Below are positions 22,679-33,700 of a stretch of 64,000 bases of DNA, piece after piece (within the stretch, counting starts at the first letter, position 1; every line of letters begins with the position of its first letter). The DNA is from an uncultured candidate division Zixibacteria bacterium (lineage in GTDB: Bacteria; Zixibacteria; MSB-5A5; GN15; PGXB01). The notes beneath the pieces were generated by a model. The model was not told where the DNA came from. It saw only the letters and a program-made list of their open reading frames with translations, and searched no databases. The translations under genes and the position numbers were made by a program. The DNA is taken from contig OY969724.1 of assembly GCA_963702205.1 (NCBI GenBank), positions 3,904,001 to 3,968,000 on the forward strand. Direction: 5' to 3'.

Positions 22679-23986
22679 ATATTTTTGTGTAAGTGGCCAT
22701 GACGTATATATAGTTGAAGGAGGTATATCATGGCCAAGAAACGTGACGAAGCTGACAAACTGATCGACGAGATGATCGCCGGCAAGACGCCGGAAGAGAT
22801 AGTGGGTGAGGGCGGTCTTCTGCAGGCGCTCACGAAACGGGTGTATGAGCGCGCCCTCGCAGGTGAGATGACGCATCACTTGGGCTATCCGCCCAATGCT
22901 CCCGAAGGCAAAAACAGCGGCAACTCTCGCAACGGCAAAACCAGCAAGACGGTCAAGACCGGGTCGGCAGATGTTACGCTGGAGATTCCGCGGGACCGGA
23001 ACGGCGAGTTCGAGCCGCAGTTGGTTAAAAAGCACCAGCGGCGCCTGCCCGGTTTCGACGACAAGGTGTTGGCGCTGTACGCTCGGGGTTTGACGACGCG
23101 GGATATCCAGGGTCATCTTGAGGAGATGTACCAGTCGGAGGTTTCCCCGGCCTTGATTTCGGCGGTGACGGACGCCGTGCTTCAGGAGGTGACGGTGTGG
23201 CAGAGTCGGCCGCTGGAGGCGGTCTACCCGATCGTCTATCTGGACGCCATCCACCTGAAGCTTCGTCAGAGCGGCCAGGTCAAAAACCAGGCGGTCTATT
23301 TGGCCTTGGGGATCACGCCGGAGGGTTACAAGGAACTCTTGGGTTTGTGGGTCGGCGATCAGGAGGGTTCGAAGTTCTGGCTGTCGGTGCTGACGGAGCT
23401 TAAGAACCGGGGCGTTCGGGACATCCTGATTGCCTGTGTCGATGGTCTGACGGGGTTCCCTGATGCGATTGAGACGGCCTTTCCGCAGACCCAGGTGCAG
23501 TTATGTCTCGTGCACATGGTGCGCAACTCGCTGAAGTATGTCGGTTGGAAAGAGCGCAAGGCGGTCGCGGCCGATCTCAAGACGATCTACTCGGCGCCCA
23601 ACGAAGAAGCCGCCGAGCAGGCCCTGACGGCGTTCGAGGCCACATACCGGGACCGTTTCCCGCAGATCGCCCGCTCATGGCGGTCCTGCTGGATGAACAT
23701 CATCCCGTTTTTTAGCTACCCCAAAGAGATTCGAAAGGTTATCTATACGACCAACGCCATCGAGTCGATGAATGCTCAGTTGCGCAAGGTGACGCGGAAT
23801 CGCGGCTCGTTCCCGACGGTGGAATCAGTCAGAAAGGTGATCTACCTGGCGATACAAAGAATCTCGAAAAAATGGAAGCGTCCGATCAAGGACTGGGTGG
23901 CGGCCCTTAATCACTTCTGCATCGTCTTCGAGGGAAGGATCGAAAACACATGAACCGGCCGCTTACACAAAATTCCGTACACTCCC
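22669..23986 (+). mobile_element. IS256-family insertion sequence with 8-bp target duplication CAAAGTGA
   Basis: 30-bp imperfect terminal IRs (GCGCGTGTAAATATTTTTGTGTAAGTGGCC versus reverse complement of right end GGGAGTGTACGGAATTTTGTGTAAGCGGCC); TSD at 22661-22668 and 23987-23994. Confidence 0.93.
22730..23953 (+). CDS. IS256 (Mutator-family) transposase
   Basis: IPRDRNGEFEP, YLDA, VDGLTG, QLCLVH, YTTNAIES. Confidence 0.95.
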   Translation: MAKKRDEADKLIDEMIAGKTPEEIVGEGGLLQALTKRVYERALAGEMTHHLGYPPNAPEGKNSGNSRNGKTSKTVKTGSADVTLEIPRDRNGEFEPQLVKKHQRRLPGFDDKVLALYARGLTTRDIQGHLEEMYQSEVSPALISAVTDAVLQEVTVWQSRPLEAVYPIVYLDAIHLKLRQSGQVKNQAVYLALGITPEGYKELLGLWVGDQEGSKFWLSVLTELKNRGVRDILIACVDGLTGFPDAIETAFPQTQVQLCLVHMVRNSLKYVGWKERKAVAADLKTIYSAPNEEAAEQALTAFEATYRDRFPQIARSWRSCWMNIIPFFSYPKEIRKVIYTTNAIESMNAQLRKVTRNRGSFPTVESVRKVIYLAIQRISKKWKRPIKDWVAALNHFCIVFEGRIENT

Positions 23987-24301
23987 CAAAGTGACAACGG
24001 CAACCGCAGGTCGCACTAACGGCGAATTAATATGACCAGTGTCCATATTGACGCGGAACTGATTTCCACCGAGATTGGCTTTTGGCCAGTCTCTTTTTTA
24101 TTGTCTCCAAATGCCAGAAAACTGTCAAGAATAAGTCCGTCATACACTTATTGTGTATTCTACCATTATGTCTGTTGTATTACGGTGTATCGGCGATAAT
24201 CTCTATAATATTCGGGGAATCAAACATGAATATGCTTGCGGCTTTAAAAATGGCCCGCCAATGGTTAATTCCCGGAACAAGGGTGAGATTTCAATCCAGA
24301 A

Positions 24302-25765
24302 TCAATCCGCCAGCGGGTGCATACAATTGATTAAGTCGCTTACTCCAACGGTTGCAATGCCGGACATGACATCAGACATGCCATAGGGAATAACCAATTC
24401 GTTATTATGGATAATTGCGCCGCAGGTATAAACGACATTGGGCACATACCCTTCCCGTTCTTCCTCACGCGGTGCAAGTAACGGTTCTTCCAGGCGTGCG
24501 ATGAGTTTTTCCGGGTTTTCGAGATCAAGTAATATCGCGCCAATGCAGTACTGACGCATGGGCCCAACACCGTGCGTAAGGACGATCCACCCATAGTCGG
24601 TTTCCAGGGGTGAACCGCAGTTACCGATCTGGATAAATTCCCAGGGGAATGTCGGTTCCTGTATGATTTTGGATTCCTGCCAAAAATGAATGTTGTCCGA
24701 AAACATGATGCGATTGTTTTCGCCGTCCTGACGCGAGAGCATGACATAGCGATTATCTATCTTGCGCGGAAAAAGAGCCATGCCCTTGTCCTGCACCGCC
24801 TTGCCGTTGAGCGTCAATACGTTAAACTTGACAAAGTCCTTAGTTTCAATAAGCTGTGGGAGTATATTAAAACCGTTATATGCCGTATATGTCGCATAAT
24901 AAGTGACTTCTCCGTCGTCATCAGTGAATCGCACGAATCGGGCGTCTTCAATACCTCTGCTTTCGTTTTCAGAAACCGGAAAGATAACCCGTTCGGAAAT
25001 TTGGTGATCAGGTTGGAAACTCATCTCATAATTGGATTTGGTAAGCCAGTACATTATATCGAATGTCCTTTTTTGGAGCACCTTAGAGAAACCCGGGCGT
25101 GATGTAAGGGTTCCGATCTTTTCCCTTAATTCATTGTAGGTGAATATATTCGGCAGATTATCAAGCAGATAAGCCGTAATTTCGTTGCCGGCTCCCATCT
25201 CTTCAAGCTTCAGTCGAAAAAGATGCCGGTCGTATTCCGGATCCAGGCGGAGATCAGGCGTTTCCACAAAATCACTGATCGGATCAAAGAGAATCGTATT
25301 ATTCTGATCAAGACGGCCGCTGCGAAATACAATAGAAGAAATATGACCTTCGCCGGTTGCCCGCAAACTCATTATAAAGCGCAGGCTGCCCTTGTTAAGC
25401 CGGCTTTGATCAGGATGGGGTACGATTGAAGGGTTAAATAGAGCGGCCGATTCTATGGAGTACTCCATAGTAAAATAGGCTCCGATAAGAGCCCTTTTGG
25501 TCTCGCTGAATACGATATTTCGAGGAATATGGTCTTTTATCTTATTAAAGTGAAGCCCAAAAACACGTTTGATGTCTCGGTGCCGTTCGGAAAAATCAAG
25601 CATAATTTGTGCAAGCAGTTTTTCGGCCGTTGTGTCTGGCAAATCAACTATGCGTTGAATGATTTTGGCTACGCGATACACGCTGTCGGGCATATGAAAC
25701 CTTGCAATGACTCGTGAGCAGTCACCCAGGATTTTTTTCTTTTTACGTTTGACTTCCAAGTGCAT
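24302..25765 (-). CDS. GH130-like glycosidase/phosphorylase with N-terminal extension
   Basis: LFNPSIV, GIEDARF, GYVPNVVYTCG. Confidence 0.85.
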   Translation of the reverse strand: MHLEVKRKKKKILGDCSRVIARFHMPDSVYRVAKIIQRIVDLPDTTAEKLLAQIMLDFSERHRDIKRVFGLHFNKIKDHIPRNIVFSETKRALIGAYFTMEYSIESAALFNPSIVPHPDQSRLNKGSLRFIMSLRATGEGHISSIVFRSGRLDQNNTILFDPISDFVETPDLRLDPEYDRHLFRLKLEEMGAGNEITAYLLDNLPNIFTYNELREKIGTLTSRPGFSKVLQKRTFDIMYWLTKSNYEMSFQPDHQISERVIFPVSENESRGIEDARFVRFTDDDGEVTYYATYTAYNGFNILPQLIETKDFVKFNVLTLNGKAVQDKGMALFPRKIDNRYVMLSRQDGENNRIMFSDNIHFWQESKIIQEPTFPWEFIQIGNCGSPLETDYGWIVLTHGVGPMRQYCIGAILLDLENPEKLIARLEEPLLAPREEEREGYVPNVVYTCGAIIHNNELVIPYGMSDVMSGIATVGVSDLINCMHPLAD

Positions 25766-25833
25766 AGTATTTTATCAATTGCCGGACAAAGTTATTTAAA
25801 TATACCTGGTTAAAAATGTCCGTTTGCCCTTAT

Positions 25834-26775
25834 TTACAGCGCTGACCGGGCATTTACAAGACATAATTGTACCAGGTCATCAATCACTGCCGTGCCGACA
25901 CACATAACGGTATCGGCGCCACCCCAGTATATTTTCACTGTACCATCATCTTCAGGAACAGCTCCGCATGTAAAAACAACGTTAGGCACGTAACCGCTCA
26001 CCTCCCAGGGGGCTTCAGGTTGCAGTATCCACTGATCGGAAACACCAATGATTTTCGCCGGATCATTAAGATCGTGCAGGGCCACGCCAAGGCGATACAC
26101 CGCACCAGCCATGGTTTTAAATACTCCATGGTAAATATGCAACCAGCCCTTGTCGGTCCTGAAGGGCGGTGCACCCGGCCCGATCTTCATTTCATCCCAG
26201 TGATAAGGAACGGGCTTAATAATCACCCGGGAATCACCCCAGTGAACCAGATCGGGAGAATAGGAAATCCATATGGACCAGGGTGATATTTCGGAATGCG
26301 GCCGGTCAAGGCGCACATAACGGCCGCTGATTTTTTCGGGAAAAATGACGACGTTGCGATGGTCGGCCTGGGTTATTAGCGCGACACGTTCAACATGTTC
26401 AAAATCGATGGTACGCGCAAGGACAATCCGAACGCCATGACGCGAATACGCGCTATAAGTAAGCAGATAATCTTCCTCTACGGGACAGATTCTGAGGTCC
26501 TCAATTCCGAACTCTTCATATTCTGCAAATACGTTAACGGTTGCTGGTGTGAGAAAAGGTCTGGGATGAACCTTGAATGAAAAACCATCATCGCTTTCGG
26601 CTTTTCCAATGATGGAGCGCCCGTTATACCTGTGGGCTCGGAAAAGCATAATGTAGCGGTCGTTATGTTTGACGACGCCTGCATTGTGAACCGTGGCTAC
26701 CGGGTAGGGAACATCGTCTCTTGTGAGAATCGGGTTTCTATTATAACGATTTACAATGGAATCTTGAATAGTCAT
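25834..26775 (-). CDS. GH130 mannoside phosphorylase/hydrolase
   Basis: NPIL, VHNAG, GIEDLR, KIGPGAPP, VPNVVFTCG. Confidence 0.88.
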   Translation of the reverse strand: MTIQDSIVNRYNRNPILTRDDVPYPVATVHNAGVVKHNDRYIMLFRAHRYNGRSIIGKAESDDGFSFKVHPRPFLTPATVNVFAEYEEFGIEDLRICPVEEDYLLTYSAYSRHGVRIVLARTIDFEHVERVALITQADHRNVVIFPEKISGRYVRLDRPHSEISPWSIWISYSPDLVHWGDSRVIIKPVPYHWDEMKIGPGAPPFRTDKGWLHIYHGVFKTMAGAVYRLGVALHDLNDPAKIIGVSDQWILQPEAPWEVSGYVPNVVFTCGAVPEDDGTVKIYWGGADTVMCVGTAVIDDLVQLCLVNARSAL

Positions 26776-27818
26776 AGTTGGCGCCGGTGTTCCCTTTGCA
26801 TCATTTTTTCGAGAACAGATTCATAGACCTGAATATATTTTTCGACCATATGGTCGGCTGTGAAGTGCCTTTCAACGCGGCGACGGCAGCTCGCTCTCTC
26901 TATATCTCTTATATGTGCGACAGCATCCACCGCCTCATTTACTGTATTCACGAGAAAACCATTCTTGCCGTTTTCTATAATTTCGGGCATGCTGCCTTTG
27001 TTAAAAGCGATTACCGGAGTACCACAAGCCATGGATTCTATAACAGACAGGCCAAACGGCTCGTCGAAATTGATGGGATGCAGAAGAGCAGTTGCCTTAC
27101 CAAGAAGCTGGTTGCGCTGGACCGGCCCGACGCTTCCGGCATAAACAACATTCTTGTCGTCCAGATGCGGTTTGATATACCGGTGATAATAAGTATCATC
27201 CTGGATGATTCCCGCCAATATCAGTTTTTTATTGCAAGTCCTGGCAATTTCAATGGCTTCTTTGGCACCCTTGTCATGGTGGATACGTCCGAAAAAGAGC
27301 AAATAATCATCCGGTTCGGCTTCAAAATCAAACTCGCCTATATCTATACCGTGATGTATCGTCTTGATATAGTCAAGATCTGGAGATCGATCGGAGTCGC
27401 TGATGGATACATAGAACACTTTGCCGTTGTATTTCCTGTAAACCGGCAGAATCCCACGCGATGAAAAACCGTGAATGGTGGTCACAACCGGCGTAGTAAT
27501 AAGGCTGGTATAGGTCAAGGGCAGAAAGTCAAAATTGTTATGGATAATGTCAAACTCTTCAGCATGTTCAAAGAGTTCCGAGATGTGCAGACACTCCCAG
27601 ACTTTTGACATAATGGAATGATCTTCTTCATATCCTCGCTCACACACGGCATGTAGCTTACCGCTTGTTATCGAATCGCCGGTTGCAAAAAGGGTAACAT
27701 CATGGCCTTGCGATACTAACCCTTCGGTTAAAAGGGAGGCCACACTTTCCCATGGACCATAGTGTCGCGGCGGCGTTCGCCAGGCAATCGGTGAGAGCAT
27801 TGCAATGCGCATGTTCAA
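26772..27818 (-). CDS. GT4 glycosyltransferase
   Basis: TPPRHYGPWE, EPFGLSVIESMACGTPV. Confidence 0.9.
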   Translation of the reverse strand: MNMRIAMLSPIAWRTPPRHYGPWESVASLLTEGLVSQGHDVTLFATGDSITSGKLHAVCERGYEEDHSIMSKVWECLHISELFEHAEEFDIIHNNFDFLPLTYTSLITTPVVTTIHGFSSRGILPVYRKYNGKVFYVSISDSDRSPDLDYIKTIHHGIDIGEFDFEAEPDDYLLFFGRIHHDKGAKEAIEIARTCNKKLILAGIIQDDTYYHRYIKPHLDDKNVVYAGSVGPVQRNQLLGKATALLHPINFDEPFGLSVIESMACGTPVIAFNKGSMPEIIENGKNGFLVNTVNEAVDAVAHIRDIERASCRRRVERHFTADHMVEKYIQVYESVLEKMMQREHRRQL

Positions 27819-27851
27819 TCCTTTACGCTTTCCAGTTGAATGGGACGTCGG

Positions 27852-30134
27852 TTATCTTAGAATCTCGTCGGCATAGAGCTTCTGCAAAGTCAGAAGCGAA
27901 AGCAACCACTCAAGCGTCGACTCGGCACCTTCATTCTGGTTAATGCCGTCAGCCATCAGTCCGTCACGGCAGCCGCCAGTCTTCGGATCATAAAGTGGCA
28001 TATTCAAGTCATTGTGTCCAAGATACCAGTTAAAACACATAACCGCATTATCTATCCATGTCTTGTCACGCGTGATATTAAAGGCTTCGACACAGGCTCC
28101 GATCATAGCATTTGCCTCAATTGGCTGCTGATCAAATCGTGCCTTTGTGCCGCCTTTTTCATACCATCCATTATTGCCAATGGGTACGAAGTGATTGTTT
28201 TCAGTCTGGATAGTGAGCAACCACTTGAGCGATCTGAGTCCCATGTCGACTATTTCACTGCGCTGCATCCATTGGCCCGATAAAAGCAGGGCATGTGACA
28301 GCTGTCCGTTGGCATAGTTTAGAGCGTTTTCCAACCATGGCCAGCTCTCTGTAGAATTGTTTTTGAATTGATTAAATAGCCTGTTTACTATGATTTCTCG
28401 TACTCTTCGCACTTCACTGTCGCCTGAGAATTTATAAAGGTAGGCATGAATGCCGACCAGGGCAAAGGCAATAGCCCTGGGTGATTCAAAGCGCTCCACT
28501 GCTTTCATCGCTTTATTGAACAGGGTCATACTCATCGCCATCTGCCCCGGATTGGCAAGAAACGCAACAGCCTTGCCAATGCCCCAGAGTGCTCTGCCGT
28601 GAGCATCCTCGGATCCAACCTCTTCAGTCCATTGCCGCTCATAGGTCATGAAATTGCGAAATCTCCCATTCTTGTCATTGAAAGAATGCAGTAGAAAGCT
28701 GAGGTATTGGCTGCCAAGCAAATCGAAGTACATACCGTTCACACCCAGATATTCCCGACCCATGGCGGTAACCATTAATGCTCTGGCATTGTCATCGGTG
28801 CAGTAGCCATGGTTACGATCCGGAACAGTATATATGGCATGCTGCAAGATACCAGTATCATCGGTCAAATTTTTCAAGTGGTCGAATTTCATCTCTGGAA
28901 ATTCGAACTTTGTGATGGATTTGATATTTTCATTATATAAATGTCGGGGGCGGGGGTGCCGGGAACGATTGAGTTGAACCTCGCCGAAAACCTCGAGATA
29001 TCTTCGGGACACTTCCTTCCAGATCGCCTCGCGACAAAACATATAGGCTCTCTTGCGTATCGCATGCATGTTCATATCATTGGCAAAGAGGTCGATAATA
29101 TTTTCCGCTATGGCATCAGGGTCTTTGAATGGGACGATAATTCCCCGTCCTTCGGCAAGCATCTCGGTTGCATACCAGTATGGAGTCGAAATAACTGCTT
29201 TGCCGGTTCCCATGGCGTAAGCAAGTGTTCCGGAAGTAATCTGGCCTTCTTCAAGATAAGGGGTTATATATATATCTGCGGCCCCGAGGAATTCACAAAG
29301 TTCTTTCAGTTCGACAAACCGGTTATAAAAAATGACATGATCTCTGATATTGAGCTTGCGCACAAGCTGTTGCAGGTGGATACGGTATTCCTCCCCATGC
29401 GCATTTATAATATGCGGATGCGTTGCTCCCAAGATTATGTAGGTAACATCGGGATATTCTTTAAGGACGGACGGCAGCGCCTGCAGCACGTTTTCAATAC
29501 CCTTATTGGGGGAAAGAAGGCCGAATGTGAGAAGGACTTTTTTGCCTTCCATCCCGAACTTATCTTTGTAGAAGTTAGGATCAATGAAAGGCATATCCGG
29601 TATGCCATGATGGATAAAGACTATTTTCTCCTTCGGAACGGCATAAATCTCATTGAGGAAATCGATAGCTTTCCGGCTCATCACGATTAGTTTGTCTGAT
29701 AGGTCGGATAGCTTGCGCATGACTGCACGATATTCCGGGGAGGGGTCCTTCAATACCGTATGCAGAGTTGTCACGATCGGCATGCGAAGCTCTCCGAGAA
29801 GTTTCAAGAGATGGCTGCCCGCCTGTCCGCCAAATATACCGTATTCATGCTGCACGCAAACAATATCCGTCTGCCCGATATTGAGAAACTCCGATGCCAC
29901 ATTGTAATCAGCCAGTCTGTTCTGGTTGATCACAAATCGCACTTTTCCCGGATATGCATATCCCTCGGGCTTATCATTCATGGCAATCGCCCAGCAATTG
30001 ATATCCGGTGCTTCTGCTGATAAAGCCTCAACAAGATCAGTCGTGAATGTCGCAATGCCGCACAGGCGCGGCAAATAGTTGCCAATTACGGCAATGGAGC
30101 CAATTCCCTCATAATGCCGATCAACGGATGTCAT
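27852..30134 (-). CDS. GT4 glycosyltransferase fused to a C-terminal glycosidase-like domain
   Basis: PRLCGIATF, QHEYGIFGG, TSGTLAYA; C-terminal YCTDDNARA, FDQQPIE, NEGAEST. Confidence 0.88.
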   Translation of the reverse strand: MTSVDRHYEGIGSIAVIGNYLPRLCGIATFTTDLVEALSAEAPDINCWAIAMNDKPEGYAYPGKVRFVINQNRLADYNVASEFLNIGQTDIVCVQHEYGIFGGQAGSHLLKLLGELRMPIVTTLHTVLKDPSPEYRAVMRKLSDLSDKLIVMSRKAIDFLNEIYAVPKEKIVFIHHGIPDMPFIDPNFYKDKFGMEGKKVLLTFGLLSPNKGIENVLQALPSVLKEYPDVTYIILGATHPHIINAHGEEYRIHLQQLVRKLNIRDHVIFYNRFVELKELCEFLGAADIYITPYLEEGQITSGTLAYAMGTGKAVISTPYWYATEMLAEGRGIIVPFKDPDAIAENIIDLFANDMNMHAIRKRAYMFCREAIWKEVSRRYLEVFGEVQLNRSRHPRPRHLYNENIKSITKFEFPEMKFDHLKNLTDDTGILQHAIYTVPDRNHGYCTDDNARALMVTAMGREYLGVNGMYFDLLGSQYLSFLLHSFNDKNGRFRNFMTYERQWTEEVGSEDAHGRALWGIGKAVAFLANPGQMAMSMTLFNKAMKAVERFESPRAIAFALVGIHAYLYKFSGDSEVRRVREIIVNRLFNQFKNNSTESWPWLENALNYANGQLSHALLLSGQWMQRSEIVDMGLRSLKWLLTIQTENNHFVPIGNNGWYEKGGTKARFDQQPIEANAMIGACVEAFNITRDKTWIDNAVMCFNWYLGHNDLNMPLYDPKTGGCRDGLMADGINQNEGAESTLEWLLSLLTLQKLYADEILR

Positions 30135-30156
30135 ACCAGGTCCTCAATCTTGTGCA

Positions 30157-30256
30157 TCTTCAAAAAATCTGGACAAGTTGTATCTTAAGATAAAAGACAC
30201 TTCTATGTCTTCAAAAGAATCTGGGCAAGTTGCATTTCAAGATACGAGACGCTTTT
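30157..30256. repeat. Diverged tandem duplication of about 50 bp upstream of the GT4/GH130 operon
   Basis: TCTTCAAAAAATCTGGACAAGTTGTATCTTAAGATA at 30157 and TCTTCAAAAGAATCTGGGCAAGTTGCATTTCAAGATA at 30208. Confidence 0.7.
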
Positions 30257-30504
30257 TCGATAAGCAAGCGCTTTTGGCAAAAGTCTTCTGGTGCTTATAA
30301 TCCTTGCGACTTGGGTTGATACATTCGTTTTAAATCCCTTGGCTCCGGTGCCAGCGAATAACTGTCCTAGGCGGGATTGCTTCAATCCCACATATACATC
30401 TTTCCTCAGGGCGTCATAATTTGTCAGCTCTTAATCTGGACAGGTTATGCGGCAATAATGAGTTTAATATCAAAAGGTTCTGTATTCTGCACGGTTACAA
30501 TAAA

Positions 30505-30582
30505 TATAAGTTGTTGATTTTAAATGAGATATATGAAAGCTCCCCCAATTGGACGAATTCCGCAACTTTTTGCTTCATGATG
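30505..30582 (+). repeat. Composite site 4: palindrome (30505-30533), GCTCCCC core, right arm type A
   Basis: TATAAGTTGTT GATTTTA AATGAGATATA TGAAA GCTCCCCCAATTGGACGAATTCCGCAACTTTTTGCTTCATGA. Confidence 0.78.
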
Positions 30583-30677
30583 AATTACATAATTTACTCC
30601 CTTCCGATATTTCACATATATAATTGCTGTGTAAGCAAAAGATCTTTTAACGCAGGAACCGTTAGTAATCTAAAGAT

Positions 30678-30716
30678 TTGACAGACTCCCGGAATCGCTA
30701 TATTTTATATGGGTCT
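30678..30716 (+). promoter_or_regulatory. Putative sigma70 promoter of cassette gene
   Basis: TTGACA...CGCTATATTTTATATGGGT; motif recurs at 34574, 40003 and 46585. Confidence 0.55.
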
Positions 30717-30764
30717 AAGCACAGCCCGGTCATATTGCAAACATTATTCTTCTTGGAGGGTGAT

Positions 30765-33700
30765 ATGCGCGGCATAGTTAATGTCTGTCTGGCAGCAGTC
30801 ATACTGCTGTGTGCATCGATAGTATGGGGGCAATCTGATCTTGAAAATCAAAAGGGCAAAGACATCGGTGAATTTATGACGGCTGATAATCGCATTAATT
30901 TAGAAGCAGTTAAGTCCAGCGGTTATCAGGGTTCGTTGAATCTTGAGGGCTTTGCTGTCACTATGGATCCCACCACCGGTGAACTGATTGTAAATCCCTC
31001 TGAAAGTATGTCCCCAGACTCCGATCCGGATGATGTCAATTGGGAAGCCGGATTTTGCCCACCGGGTTGCAATAGCATTGTACGTGCGTTAGTAGTCTAT
31101 GACAACAATCTAATAATAGGAGGGAACTTTTCCTCGGCCGGTGGAACAGAAGCTAATTATATAGCTGCATGGGATGGCTCAGCATGGTCGGCTTTGAGCT
31201 CTGGCATGAATTCCGTTGTTTTGGCCCTGACAGTGTATAACGGGAACTTGATTGCAGGGGGTCAATTTACTACTGCGGGAGGTGTTTCGGCGAATCTTAT
31301 AGCTGCATGGGATGGCTCAGCATGGTCGGCTTTGAGCTCTGGCATGAATTCCGTTGTTTTGGCCCTGACAGTGTATAACGGGAACTTGATTGCAGGGGGT
31401 AAATTTACTACTGCAGGAGGTGTTTCGGCGAATAATATTGCCGCCTGGAACGGTATTTCATGGTCACCATTAGGGTTAGGGACGTATGATGATGTTTATG
31501 CTCTTACAGTATATGATGGATCATTAATTGCCGGAGGAAAATTTGGAGCCGCAGGCGGCGTCCTCGCTGAATATATTGCTTCCTGGGATGGTTCTTCCTG
31601 GTCGCCGTTAGGGTCAGGGGTATATCATAATGCCAATCCAAGCGTATGGGCCTTAACGGTATATAACGGAAAATTGATTGCTGGGGGAAATTTCACAAAA
31701 GCTGGCGGTGTGACGGCGGATCATATTGCTTCCTGGGATGGTGCTTCCTGGTCGCCGCTGGGATCGGGGATTAGTAGCGAAGTCTGGACTATGACTGCGT
31801 TTGACGGGGAATTGATTGCGGGAGGGAATTTTACCACTGCCGGCGGCACAGGTGCCAATTATATTGCTTCCTGGAATGGATCTTCATGGGCGCCGATGGA
31901 ATCCGGCATGAATGACAATGTCTATGCCCTGACAGTGCACGACGAGAAATTAATTGCAGGGGGATTTTTTACTATCGCCGATGATATCTTGACGAATCAT
32001 ATTGCCGTCTGGAACGGTTCCGCATGGTCGGCGCTGGGGCAGGGATTGGATAACACTATCTGGGCCATTGCGGTATTTGACGACTATCTAATTGCCGGAG
32101 GAGATCTTATGTCGGCCGCTGGCGTAAGTGCTAATTATATTTCTGCTTGGGATGGTACGGCCTGGTCAGCATTGGGGGAAGGAATGAACGGTACTGTTCA
32201 TGCCTTAACCGTTTATAATAATCAATTAATTGCCGGAGGGGACTTTACTTCAGCTGGCGGCATAGGGGCTTCATATATTGCTGCCTGGGATGGACTCTTT
32301 TGGTCATCTTTGGGATCGGGGGTGAATAATGGCGTTTCCACTTTGACTGTCTATGATAATAGGCTAATTGCCGGAGGAGCGTTCAATACAGCCGGTGGCT
32401 TGGGGGCAAATTATATCGCAGCGTGGGATGGATCCGTTTGGTCAACGCTGGAATCGGGCATGAATGGATATGTTTATGCGCTTATTGCTTATGATGATAA
32501 ATTAATCGCGGGCGGAAATTTCACTTCAGCTGGCGGCACAAGTTCAAATTTCATAGCAATTTGGGATGGCTTCTTATGGTCTGCTTTAGGGGCTGGATTA
32601 AATAATAATGTCATTACTCTAACCATTTATGATAATAAATTGTACACGGGGGGAGAATTTACTATGGCTGGAGGGATAAGTGCCGATCATGTAGCTTCGT
32701 GGGATGGTGCTACCTGGTCACCTGTTGGTTCAGGAGTAGATAATGTTGTGCGCTCTTTGATGGTGTATGAAAATAAACTTATCGCTGGTGGCTATTTCGC
32801 TGCAGCGGGAATAACGACTGCCTATTATATCGCCGCCTGGGATGGAGGCCAATGGTCGCCGCTGGGATCAGGATTAGACAACTTTGTCTTCGCCCTGACC
32901 GAATATGACGGGAAGCTTTTTGCGGGGGGGGATTTTACAATTGCGGGCGAAAAATCTTCAGCTTATATTGCCGCATGGAATAAGCTTACGCCATACAACG
33001 AAGTCACAAATCTTGCCGACGTCGGAACGGGAACGCTGCATGCCGCCTTATTGGGATCTAATTCGAACATTGGTCCCGATACGATTAGTTTTGCGATCTC
33101 AGGTACGATAAACTTATCGACACCATTACCGGCGATTGATGATGACAGCATTGTAATTTTGGGCAACAACGCCCCGGGCGGCCCACACTCAGTCATACTC
33201 GACGGCGCCGGCCTCGGGAAATCGACCAACCCCGGAATACATATACAAAGTTCCAATAATGTCATCGAAGGGCTGACCGTCCGCAATTTCCCCGGTAACG
33301 GCATTGAAATAGCCGGTAGTGTACAGCACAATACAATCTCCGGCAATTTGATTTATAATAACGGCCTGCTGGGTATTGATTTAAACGATGATGGGGTGAC
33401 AACCAACGATCCCGGCGATAGCGATACGGGCCCGAACGGCCTGCTCAACTACCCCCAGATCGATTCTCTTTTTATGAATCCCGATAGCTCATTCCGGGTT
33501 TTTGGCAAAGCCGCCGACAGTGCCTTAATCGAATTCTTTGTGGCTCATCCCGAAGGCGATACCATTAAGCCAGCCGATCCTTCGGGTTATGGGGAAGCAT
33601 ACTCATACATAGGTTCCGATACAGCCGACAACAACGGTGATTTTGAATATCAGATCAGCAATGCCATTCCTTACTTTTCGCTAATCACCGCAACCGCCAC

